64,000 nucleotides of DNA, taken from the NCBI GenBank assembly GCA_000091205.1, contig AP006486.2. One strand, 5' to 3'. Each line of letters starts with the position of its first letter. Positions within the stretch are counted from its first letter, which is position 1. A program made the position numbers and the translations under genes. Below the pieces are notes generated by a model. That model was not told where the DNA came from. It made no database searches and saw nothing but the letters and a program-made list of their open reading frames with translations. The stretch is from Cyanidioschyzon merolae (lineage: Eukaryota). Positions 34,001 to 44,239 of the stretch are shown here, in pieces.

Positions 34001-36124
34001 ATAAAGTTCTCTCTTGTCGGCTCTGGAGGTCTTTTCTCTAGCACCGTACATTTCCTTATATTGATGGCGGCATTAAAGTCTCGGTTCACAAACTCCATCC
34101 GTTTCTTCCATCATTGCTTGTTCTAACCAGCGCAGGTAGTCCACGAACTTTCGTCCTCCTTTCCATTTGCTCCTCCTTCAGCGGTCCGCACTTTGCTATA
34201 TGTTCAGGGGTCCGTTGGCACTTTTCTTTCTCGACCATCTGAAGTGTACAACCCAGTTCATGGTGTGTATAGGACGTTCGAAACTCATCTATCGGTATCG
34301 TAACGAAGCGGCTTGTGCACTCCTTGTACGTTCTTGTTGACGGAGCTGTTGTACTCCCTTTCTTCGACGCCCAGCGTCCTGCCCCATACGCTACCAGGAG
34401 CCTCTGACTTCCATCCTCCTTCAAGGCGTTCAACCGGTTGAAAAAATTCGCAACCGCCCGCTGTTTTCCACAATACAAATTCATTCGCAAACGAGCCCAC
34501 CGGGGCTTGGTATACTCCGCCCACAGTGCATCCCCATGGGCAACACGAACATCCATGAATTTCCGAAAAGGTTCAAAGTCCGCTCCTCGGCTCGTCGCCT
34601 CGCTCAAAGCTTCCAGGTGATCCTTCATTTCTGCATTCCACGGACCAATTTTCTTTCTTGCATTCACTATACCGGATTCTCGATAGTATCTCGCTCTGGC
34701 GAGCCTCAAAAGACGCATGTCTGTCTGGCGTAAGTTGCAATCAGTACCATCATCCGCACGCTTGGGAGCAGCGATGGTTATGATATTTGTGTTTCTAGGA
34801 TCCCCGCCAACGACAAAGTCGTTATCCTGCACCTCCTGCATCGTAGGACCCGCCTCCTTCTCATCTTCATCCTTCGTCACGGGTGCAGCCGAGGACGGAA
34901 CTGAACAATCCGCGTTCAAGCGCCGATTGTGTGCACACAGGGCTACCCCATCGGTTTTGATCATCCCAGTAAATACCTTTTGCTTGCTCACTTTGAGACA
35001 TTTGAAATCGAAGATGTTCTTCCAGTACGTCTTCCGGTTTTCACCGGAGAACTCCTCCCTGCTAACATCGAACTCCGGACAGATCTCCTTCATGATGCCG
35101 TAAAGGATTCTGGAGTCGATAGTCACAAAATGTGACTTGATCTTGCCCAACGGAACCACGTCGAAGCGCTTCCCTACTAGGAAAGCCTTCCGTCTCTCCC
35201 ACTCTTCATTTTTCCCGTTCAGCTTCATCTCTGCCTTGCGTTCGAGTTCTCGGTCCAGAAACACGAAATAGCACAGAATGAGGCGATCGTATCTTTCCTG
35301 ATCTTTGCTCAACTCTGATACCTTGTCTGTTGGATTCGGTAGCCCCAGTACCGCACGATGCTCTTGTATAACCGCACGGATCGCAGAAGCTTCATTCGTG
35401 GTCTCGTTTGACGCCTTCTTGTCGACAAATTCTACCTCATCTTCACGCTTGCGATCTTTCATGATGCCATTGATAATCGTCCATTTTCCATTGCGAGAGA
35501 TGCCCGGGTAGAGTGCAAACACGGTGCGTATCATGAAACGTTCGAGGTTCCCTGTCTCATGGTTCTTCAGATTCGTGAGGTACTTCATCGCCCCATAGCT
35601 GTAGATATCTCGGTCACCCTTGTTTCGAGTATCTTTGAAGCTGTAAAAGGGATGTCTTTCGTGTAGGGCATGTACTTGCTCATTTTTCCCTCCGTGTTTG
35701 CCCTGAACCAAGCATCAGGTGACGAACGAAGGTCTTGTCGAAGATCTCGTCTGGAATCTCGACTGTTTTGATGGCCGCCACGTCGCGATACATCTCCCTC
35801 GCCAGATGCATCAGTCCTGACAACGCCTTGACGATACTCTTAGAGTACGAGTCGAAAAGGTTGTGGATGGCCTCTTGAAACATTTGCTTGTAGAGATCCT
35901 TGATGTAATTAAGAAGACAGGCTTTCACCACCATCTCGTTGTACAGTCGTCTTTCTTGCCGCCTTCGACGTGGGGCCTTCCCTCTTTCGGTTCTTCTTCT
36001 CCTCCTTTTCTTCTGGACACGGCACTGTTTTTTGTTTTTGTTTTCCAGCAGCCGGCGACCCTGGGCCTCCAGGATCGTCGACTCAGTTTTTCATAACTTT
36101 CCATTTTTTTGGTTTTTTTGAAAA
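33904..36124 (-). pseudogene. Fanzor/TnpB-like nuclease pseudogene: RuvC-I, TS-x-x-C zinc-finger region and RuvC-III are present, and at least 3 frameshifts are needed to join the ORF pieces.
   Basis: ORF pieces 35925-36305 (K/R/E-rich NLS-like N-terminus), 35680-35934, 34086-35711 (541 aa) and 33904-34098. RuvC-I-like VVGGDPRNTNIITIA; IDEFRTSYTHHELGC plus CQRTPEHIAKC (TS-Cys zinc-finger position); and MEFVNRDFNAAINIRK, the canonical TnpB/Fanzor RuvC-III motif. Comparison with copy 2 locates 1-nt indels in an A5 run near 35700 and at ggaagaaacgg near 34100. Confidence 0.7.
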
Positions 36125-37245
36125 AAGCACTCTGTGAACGCTTCTCCAATATACTACGAAAAAAACACTTGACTAGACTTGTTTGAGTTTTGAAACATAA
36201 ATGAACTGAAAAACTATACTTTGCTACGTCCTGAACGGAAATCCGACTTTTCCAGCTGAATAACACGCTACTGATCAAAATCGCGTTTCCCTTCAACAAC
36301 GGCACCGTGCGCGTCGTGTCTCATGCCTGCCAGATCTCCCAGGTGCGCTCACTATGCGTCGATTCGTTTTCCGATGTCAACACCTTGCCATAGAACATAG
36401 AATCCAGATTGCGGGATGGATACTGAAATAAATGAGAGCGCTCATTATTCTTCGCTCCACCTTCAAGTTCCATTACTTATACTTCCTCTGGGATCTACTG
36501 GTCGTTTCGTATATTCTATCGTGCACCGAGTGCCTGCCTCGCTGCACCTGCAATAGCGCCCGTATCGTTGGAGCAGCTGCATCACCGAGACAGAAGAGCT
36601 TTGCCATACCACTGAGGGCGTCGGATCGAGGAATACTTCTCCTCACACGGACTCGGAGTGCATAATCACTCTGGTAACCAGCATGCTGTGCTTAAAGGCC
36701 TACTGCCTGTGGCAGCGCGGAGCGATGTACTAGGAGCCACTGCGACCAGCGCAACGCCCAGAAGCAGCGTACCCGCTCCTAGTCCCAGGATAAACTGCGT
36801 TGCGGACGGACTGCTCAGATCGGACCAAAGCACCTGCCACTGGGAGGAGCATGAAGCACGAGGCTAGCTGTCTCGTACGACTCATGGGACCTTCCACCAA
36901 GAAGGTAAACCTTCGGCAATATGGAAAGCTTTCCCCTTTTAACGTTTCTCGTAGAGGGGTAACGAAATTGTTATCTCATTACTGCGTGGTCGCTCGTTGC
37001 TGTTCTTTTTCCTAGAGCGCAGTCTGTTAGCACACCTGGGAGATCTGGCGGGCGTGAGACACGACTTGCAACTCGCAGTTGAAGCGAAACACGATCCTGA
37101 TCATTTGTAGACTTGTTACTGTGACTGGCAAGTTGTATTTGCATGAAAGTCGTAGCAAAGTATAGTCTTTCAGTTCTATCATGTCTCAACCACCAAGTAA
37201 CTGTATTCAAGTGATATTTCGCGGTTTATAGCGGAAGCGTTAATC

Positions 37246-39469
37246 GTGAACTCGTTTGCAAAAATAAATAAAGTTATGGAAATGAAAGTAGAGGATCCTG
37301 GAGGGCCTGTGCCGCCGCGTGCCGAGAAAAATACGGAAAACAGTGCCGTCCATGAGGAACAGGTGAAGACGGTGAAGCAAAAGGGGGCGAACCGACACCA
37401 GAACCTGCACGAAAGACGACAGTACGACGAATTGGTAGTGAAAGCCTGTCTTCTTGAACGTAACGCGGATCCCGTGAAGCAAAAGTTCTGAGATGCCATC
37501 AGAAACCCTACTGCATCTCACTCCTTGAGTGTTTGTAACGCATCTTCAGCACCAATTCATCTGACGAAGGAGATGTACCATGACGTGACGGACATCAAAA
37601 AAGTCGAGGCTCCGGAAGAATTGTCCAACGTGACCTTCCTTCGCCACGAGATGCTTGACACATGGGAAACAACGAGGAGAAATGAGCGAGTGCATGCACT
37701 CTACGAAAATTATGCAGAGTGCCGCTCCAACGGCACTCGATATAGGGGTGACTCAAATGTTCACAATTACGTGGCGATGAAGTACCTCTCGAATCTGAAG
37801 AACAAAACGACCATGAACCTGAAACGCTTCATGATACGCTCCATCTTTGCGCTCTACCCTGGGCTGTCTCGAAAAAAAAGGATATGGGCCATCATGATTG
37901 GCATCACGAACGATCGTCGGGATGCACAGGAGATCGAATTCGTGAACAAGAGGACATCACACAGGAGAAGGAAGACGCTTCTTTGATCCGTGCGGCGATT
38001 CATAAGCACCGCGTGGTTTTGGGGCTTGTCAACCCAACAGAAAAGGTTTCAGATATGAAAAAAGATGTTTTTCCCGCATCCTGCGCTAGTTCGTGTTCCT
38101 GAAGCGTGAACTCGGACGCAAGGCCGAAAAGGAGCTGAATGGGGGAAAAATGGAGAGTTGTTGGAACGGAAAGCTTTCGTACTGGGGGAACGCTTCAATG
38201 TCGTTTCGTTTTGCAACATCTAGTCAATGTTTGTTACATTCGACTTCAGAGTCCTTCATGGCATCATGAGGGAGATCAGTCCAGGGTTCGATGTGAGGAA
38301 GATACGGTTCATCGGCGAGAAACCGGGAGACATACCAGAAGAACATCTTCGATTTGAGACATCTCAAAACGAGCAAGAAAAAGTATTAACGGAGATGATC
38401 GAAACCGATGGAGTAGCCGTATTCGTACACTATAGTCGCTTGAAGGCAGATCGTCCTGTTCCGTCTTCGCTATCGCACTTGGCGAAACGTGAAGAAAACA
38501 AGGATGCGGATCCTGCGACACAGAAAGTGCAGGATAACGACTTTGTCGTTGGCGCGAACCCCGGAAACACGAATATCGTAACCATCGCTGTGCCCAGGCG
38601 TGCGGAAGATGGTACTGACGGCAACTTACGCCAGAAAGACATGTGTCTTTTGAGGCTCGCCAGAGCGAGATACTATCGAGAATCCGGTATAGTGAATGCA
38701 AGAAAGAAAATTGGTACGTGGAATGCAGAAATGAAGGATCACCTGGAAGCTTTGAGCGAGGCGACGAGCCGAGGAGCGGACTTTGAACCTTTTCGGAAAT
38801 TCATGGATGTTCGTGTTGCCCATGGGGATGCACTGTGGGCGGAGTATACCAAGCCCCGGTAGGCTCGTTTGCGAATGAATTTGTATTGTGGAAAACAGCG
38901 GGCGGTTGCGAATTTTTTCAATCGGTTGAACGCCTTGAAGGAGAATGAAAGTCAAAGGCTGGTAGTGGCATACTGAGCAGGGCGATGGAAGACCCGAAAA
39001 GGGTGTACGCCAGCTCCAATGACAAGAGCGTACAAGGAGTGCACGACGTTTCGTTACAATGCCTGTCGATGAGTTTCGAACATCGTATGCACACCATGAA
39101 CTGGGATGTACACTTCAGAAGGTCGAGATGGAAAAGTGCTAGCGGAGCCCTGAACATATAGCAAAGTGCGGACCGCTGACGGAGGAGCAAATAGAAAGGA
39201 GAGCGAAAGTTCGTGGACTACCTGCGCTGGTTAGAACAAGCAATGATGGCAAGAAACGGATGGAGTTTGTGAACCGAGACTTTAATGCCGCCATCAATAT
39301 AAGGAAATATACCGTGCTGGAGACGAGACCTCCAGAGCCGACAAGAGAGAACTTTATTGGACAACCTCTCAAAGTGGTACTATACGAGAAGAAGTTGGAA
39401 GCAGTAGTGGGTGGCCGGTCCAAAAAGACTGCGAGGCGCCTGCACATCAGTTGGCGTCTTCTTGTCTAG
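37246..39469 (+). pseudogene. Fanzor/TnpB-like nuclease pseudogene (copy 2), broken by several frameshifts and in-frame stops. The RuvC-I Asp is replaced (GANPGN).
   Basis: ORF pieces 37246-37491 (MEMKVEDPGGP.., NLS-like), 37525-37986, 37884-38102, 38227-38862 (..DNDFVVGANPGNTNIVTIA..) and 39260-39469 (MEFVNRDFNAAINIRKYTVLETRPPEPT..). There is a TAG where copy 1 has TGG at about 38862. Confidence 0.7.
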
Positions 39470-39522
39470 GGCGCCGGTCCCCGTTACTGTACACCGGTGG
39501 CGACGTTCGACTTTAGAACAGC
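39370..39522 (+). ncRNA. Candidate omega-RNA scaffold region at the 3' end of Fanzor copy 2 (prediction)
   Basis: Position homologous to the copy-1 3' terminus. The stem seen in copy 1 carries 3 mismatches here (gtccccgt versus gtggcgac), consistent with decay. Confidence 0.2.
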
Positions 39523-39563
39523 GTTGATGGCGCCGCTCTGAAAATTCGCGTACCTCCGCGAGG

Positions 39564-40292
39564 ATGCCGCCACCAAACGACTCGCAGCGGTACTTCGAAG
39601 AGGGGCCCGTTCTTGCGCACCGCACGGACTGGAAACCCATCGCTGAGCGCTCAACTGCACAGCGCCCTGAGCCAGCACTGCAGGCAACCACAGAAGCGCC
39701 GAGCTGGTGGCGACAGGTGACGCGGCGTGGCGCTCGTGTCTTCCTCTTTTACGCGCTTCTTTATCCGTTGCTGGTGCTTTGTGTGGTAGGCGGTATTGTT
39801 GGTGGGTTCATCGGCGGTTTTTGGCTTGACTGGCACGCCATTCGACTGGCCGGCAACGCCTGGCTGGCGCTTGTCTCTATTCCGTATGCGACCGGTTTCC
39901 TTGCGCTCCTGTGGTTGATGCGAGCGGAGAGCTTCCGTGGGGCTTCCGCGGGCGCACTGAGCTTCGCATCGAACGCGCTTGGGAATGCAGCTAGTCGCTG
40001 CACTGCTCGCCTTTTGTTGTCATTGTCAATATCTGGGTCACTGGCGCTCCCCGCGTTTCTCTTCCTGAGCCGGCGGGTGCCGGCAGACGCAGCCCTGATC
40101 TGCACCGCAGGCACCGCTGTGATTTGTGCTTCGCTGGCGCTATGGGCGTTCGTTTTGGAGAGTGACTGGCTGGAGCCGCGAACCTGGCTCGAGCCCACAG
40201 CCCCATCGAACGTGTGGATACGACCCTCGTACTGGCCTCGACGTGAACATTATATCGACCTGGAAGCAGCGCCTACACGGACTGGCGGATAG
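39564..40292 (+). CDS. Hypothetical polytopic membrane protein. Its start lies about 40 bp downstream of the Fanzor copy-2 right end.
   Basis: 242-codon ORF with 4-5 hydrophobic helices (LFYALLYPLLVLCVVGGIVGGFIGGFWL, AWLALVSIPYATGFLALLWLM, ..). No family recognised. Confidence 0.4.
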   Translation: MPPPNDSQRYFEEGPVLAHRTDWKPIAERSTAQRPEPALQATTEAPSWWRQVTRRGARVFLFYALLYPLLVLCVVGGIVGGFIGGFWLDWHAIRLAGNAWLALVSIPYATGFLALLWLMRAESFRGASAGALSFASNALGNAASRCTARLLLSLSISGSLALPAFLFLSRRVPADAALICTAGTAVICASLALWAFVLESDWLEPRTWLEPTAPSNVWIRPSYWPRREHYIDLEAAPTRTGG

Positions 40293-41284
40293 CTATTGAG
40301 GCTCTGAGCGCCTCCAAGATGCCTTCATTGTTGCGAAGCAGTGGCGCGTACTCGATTCCCGCGCTTCATCGCAGACAGGGCGGCGATGAAGTGTTCGCGC
40401 TGCCTACTCTCCAGACGGCCACTGTGACATTCAGGGTGCCTCGGACGTCGGGCAATGCACCACTAGCGGGACACCGACGCAGCGCCTCTACTCGGGAGCT
40501 GCTCGCCTCACGTCGATGCATCCCGCACGCAAAACAGTACCGAGTGACAAGTTCGTGTCTCCGTGGCATCCAGGGTACCGCGTGCTTCCGGCACCCGCTG
40601 CTGTATTGCGGGATCTATTCACATCACATTCATCACAGACTGGTTGCCGACGCAGTGCAGGCAGTGGTCGAGCAGCATCAGACCTTGTATTTTCCCAGAA
40701 ACTCGATCGTGAATGGATGTTTACAATGCAGCTCAAAGTCTGATGCTCGGTTGTCTTCGAGTGAGCACATCCTCAACGAATGTGTTTCGCAAGAAGAAAC
40801 CAGGAGCGAGCAAAGCCATCTCGCATGCCCGGAAGCACGGCATCGCTGCAGACACCACGAGCGCATCTGGGCTCTTCATCGGTGGCGCCCGATCACGCTC
40901 GTGCTGCTCTGTCGCGGAGAGTCTTGACCTGACAACCACGACACACCATCTGTCATGAATCCATGTCCCTTATTCAAAGGCATTGGACTCATGTCGGATT
41001 CTGGATAGCCTCCGCGAGCGGGTGGTATCGCGCTGTTGCGGGTGAAACCATCCAAGCGCATACCGCTTGTGTCCAAGCGTTCAAAGTGCGTGCGGTGTGT
41101 ATCGCTCCGCACGAACTCTGAGGCTCGCGGTTTGGTCGTTCGTGATGGACACGACACAAGTCCAGCGCACTGGACTCTTGTCCAGTCCACGCCGTCCAAG
41201 GTGCAGCTGATGTCTACGCGCATACGCACGGCACAGAGCGCGGACCCGAAAGCAAGACTCAATCGAATAGGTATCCGCATTGCA

Positions 41285-42284
41285 TCACTTTTTACTACCA
41301 GGGTTAGCGTTCAGCGCGCGGACCAAGTCCTCGTCTCTCTCACTAGAGTCGAGCTGCAGTTGCAAGATACCCGCATCCAGGAATACCTTGTTGGAGCTCT
41401 TCGCTATTTTCTGCGCGATGTCTCTGGCGGCCTCTATCCGGCGGAGCTCAATAAAGCCCGGATTGCTTTTCATGGCATCGCCGATGAGCTTGGCACTGCG
41501 CGCTTCGCCCTGCGCCCGGATGATTGTGGCCTTCTTATCCTGCATGGCTTTTTCAACGAGAAAGCGACCGCGTTCCGCTTCTTGCTGCGCAACCTGCTTT
41601 GCCTCAACAGCTGCCGTGTATTCCTTGCCAAACGCTAGATGTGTGATGGATATATCGTCGAGCAGGATGTTAAAGTCCTTGGCACGCTCGATCAGGTTCC
41701 GCTGAATCAAACGCGACACCTGTTCTCTCTGCGTGATCAGCTGCGACGCATTAAACTGTGCAACAACTGCTTTTGTCACCTCATTCACGATTGAAGGCAG
41801 CACACGCTCGTCATAGTCCAGACCGAGCGTCTGGTAGATGACTGGTAGTTGTCGCGGGTCGGGTCTAGAGAGCACGCGTATCGTGATCTGAACCATCTGC
41901 AAGTCCCGGGAACCAGTTAACGTTGAAATAGAGCGTGGTTTCGCCCTAACATCATAGATGATCGGCACATCGATCCAGGGAATCCGAATGTGGGTGCCCT
42001 CGGGCACCACTGTGGGTTTCACCCCCACGAGGCGATTAAAAATGACAGCCCGGTGTCCTCCTTCGACTGCGTTCGACGTAGAATGTCTACATGGTTAGTT
42101 TGTGTTCATGATCCCAGGATTCTGACGTATCCCCAGTTCGCTTATGCTTACCATTATAGAGCGCGTACTTGTAGAAGGCCGCTGCACCCACCAGCGCCGT
42201 AACCCCGAGGCCAACCAGGCGCGTGTTCACAGCGCCACCGCCGCCACCACTTCCGAACCCACCAGACGATAACGGGAACCGCAT
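41285..42284 (-). CDS. PHB: Prohibitin in two exons (42284-42152 and 42066-41285), with an 85-bp phase-1 GT-AG intron at 42067-42151
   Basis: Exon 1 ends ..[11 protein letters not shown]|g and the intron begins gtaagc. The acceptor is ..cgcag|TCGAAGGAGGACAC, giving [20 protein letters not shown].., which matches the prohibitin N-terminus ([12 protein letters not shown]). Downstream motifs are [20 protein letters not shown] and the PHB/SPFH domain through ..[16 protein letters not shown]. Confidence 0.8.
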
Positions 42285-42305
42285 ATCCTACCGGCCGATC
42301 CCAAA

Positions 42306-42332
42306 TCGTTCGCACACGCACACACACACACA
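42306..42332. repeat. (CA)n microsatellite
   Basis: cacacgcacacacacacacaa. Confidence 0.9.
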
Positions 42333-43931
42333 AAATAGAGTCTCCCAAGGTATCCTAGCAAACACGCAAAAAGTACACGATCGTGCGCGCTCTTCAGTAA
42401 CAAAACGCTCCAGCCAATAGGGGAGGCAGCGCAGCGCCCTGCGCCATCCGCCGTCAGCCGTCGACGCGATGCGCGCAGCATTGCTGCACTGCCCGGAAAG
42501 CGCGGCTTCGTATAGCTGGTGCTCTTCCGGAGACTGGGACGCAGAGCGGCACCTACATCGCAGTCGTATAACAGAAGCAACATCAGCAGAAGCACACGAG
42601 GGGAGTACGTTTGATTCGGTATAGCTGGAGGCAGCGTTCAACGACGGTTGCGTACGAGCGACCTGCGTTACGCTAGGGCGCTTTTTCTCGCGTGAACGAC
42701 CGGAAGCGGTTGGTACCAGGAGTGCCAGCACCGAAGCCTCTTGTGGTGTGACTGCTACCCAGAAAGCGTCCCGCTGGTGGCGGGCTCGGTTCAGCGAGCG
42801 CGTGAGTTCGCATCTTCGTGCGTACGACGACAGGCACGTAGAGACGCCAGCGTAACGGGTGTAGTGCGCGCCTCCGCCGGGTAACGCTCTTTACCATAAG
42901 GTCGCTGCTTCCAGAAAAGTGTGGTAACATTCGACTGGCGGTTTCACGAACGTGTCATAGTGACAACTGGAACAGCGTACCACCGGTAAGCATGGGTGGT
43001 ACACCGCGCTACCCGTACCCACGCGACGTCTGGTCGCCAGCTGGCGGCTGGTGGCCGCATCCTCGCGCTTGGCGTAGGAACACTGCAGTGGCAGCGTTCG
43101 GCCTCGTTCTTGTTCTGACGCCGATCTTCATCTACTCTGAGCGGATCTCCGAACGGCCTGAGGACGCCGCACGCCAGATCCCTTGGCGGCCGTGGGTCAA
43201 GGTGCGGGCAAACTCCATGACGTCAGAAACTGAACCCGGGCAGCACTGAGGGCCTTGCTGCAGCATGCGGCGGTGCGTCGAGAGCATCAGCGCTTGTGGA
43301 TGGAGCTTGTGCTTCCAAGTCGATCAAGGAGCGGTCACGCAAGCGACGATATAAACCAGAGATTCCGACGCGGTGAGATTCTTCTCTGAACGGAACGGAC
43401 AGGAAAGAATGGCATTTAAGGGTTCTATGCGGAGCGACGCGGACATCTGACCTGTGTTGCATGCGCGGCGCTCCGTGTATCTGTTTCCATATGAGTGCTG
43501 TTATGCGCTGTGGCGAGCAGTGCCAGCGGCAGCGTCTGGTACCAGTATCGCCGCTAACAACGAGCACACTACACTGCACACGCAGTGCAGCCGACAAGCT
43601 CCAGGACGGCAGGTACCAGCGACACACTTGGAGCAACGGGCAGGTTGCGCTTGTCCGATCGTATCCGTTGAGATGGATGCGCATGCTTGTTCCCGCTATC
43701 GAAAATGCAACGGTTGTGTGTCACTTTCGTGAACCGAGTTCGTCTGCGCCAGTCTTTATCGCGTATCTTGTTGCGCCCGAGAAAGATACCGTAAAAACAC
43801 GAGAAACACACCAAGGGTCCCGCATCACCATAAACGTTGAAGCTCGCGAAAACGTGCTGCCCTGGTATCCCAAACCGCGCAAACGTCAGCCAGCGCCGTC
43901 CGCTCCCGCGACCGTAGAATGCATCGCTGGT

Positions 43932-44139
43932 GAACGTACAACTCACCTCAGGCCCTTTTATCACTCAGAGAACAACATGACGAAGTATGACTGTGCTAGT
44001 GTCCCGAAAGATGCACCGCTGGCGACCATAAACCGCACCTCAGGCCCTTTTATCACTCAGAGAACAACATGACGAAGTATGACTGCGGTGGTGTCCCACC
44101 AGATGCACCGCTGGCGAACGTACAACTCACCTCAGATCC
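43932..44139. repeat. Tandem duplication, 92-bp unit x about 2.3
   Basis: gaacgtacaactcacctcaggcccttttatcactcagagaacaacatgacgaagtatgactg..gatgcaccgctggc is repeated at 43932 and 44024, with a partial unit at 44116. Confidence 0.85.
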
Positions 44140-44239
44140 TTCCACCGAACTATAGACAACAACACCCTAGACGTCAAAGCTGCCGTCAGCGACTGCAGCC
44201 GCAGGATGAGCGCGTGAACATCCCAGCTCCTCCAACGTC

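Larger units (their letters stand above)
33847..36229 (-). mobile_element. Fanzor1-like (eukaryotic TnpB/OMEGA-family RNA-guided nuclease) transposable element, copy 1. Homology with copy 2 continues to about 36365.
   Basis: Encodes a roughly 730-aa TnpB-like protein (see pseudogene feature). The 3' boundary is defined where similarity to copy 2 stops (..ccggtggcgacgttcgacttt.gaaca|). The 5' terminal block (..gaactgaaa.actatactttgctacg) is shared with copy 2 and with MITE copies M1 and M2. Confidence 0.7.
33847..39522. repeat. Large inverted duplication (palindrome): two roughly 2.5-kb arms (33847-36365 and 37020-39522) separated by a roughly 655-bp unique spacer. Each arm carries one Fanzor-like element.
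   Basis: Arms are collinear in reverse complement over their whole length, with roughly 10-15% divergence by eye. Shared blocks are found even 140 bp beyond the element 5' termini (cgtgtctca.gcc.gccagatctcccaggtg.gct at 36320-36365 and 37020-37065). Confidence 0.65.
37151..39522 (+). mobile_element. Fanzor1-like element, copy 2 (inverted relative to copy 1)
   Basis: Collinear with copy 1. The terminal cgtagcaaagtatagtctttcagttc (37151-37176) is the reverse complement of copy 1's 5' block. The 3' end is at 39522, where similarity to copy 1 stops. Confidence 0.7.

Noticed and set aside
35680-36130. Explaining the breaks between Fanzor ORF pieces as spliceosomal introns
   Set aside because: The pieces overlap or abut with no intervening sequence and no GT..AG pair. 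Copy 2 reads straight through the homologous positions, and the shifts coincide with single-base differences between copies.
33904-39469. Interpreting the TnpB-like genes as a bacterial IS200/IS605 insertion or contamination
   Set aside because: Flanking genes are unmistakably eukaryotic (Rab11, Maf1, PSMB4, prohibitin with a spliceosomal intron). The proteins carry a long K/R-rich N-terminal extension typical of Fanzor1. No TnpA (Y1 or serine) gene is adjacent. Copies are dispersed and decayed like resident eukaryotic transposable elements.
41036-41705. Plus-strand ORFs 41036-41638 and 41280-41705 opposite prohibitin
   Set aside because: Antisense to the PHB/SPFH-domain CDS; no motifs.
42087-42284. 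Treating ORF 42087-42284 as an independent small gene ([17 protein letters not shown]..)
   Set aside because: Its C-terminal part (..[22 protein letters not shown]) is the prohibitin N-terminal membrane anchor followed by a gtaagc donor; it is exon 1 of prohibitin, read past the splice site.
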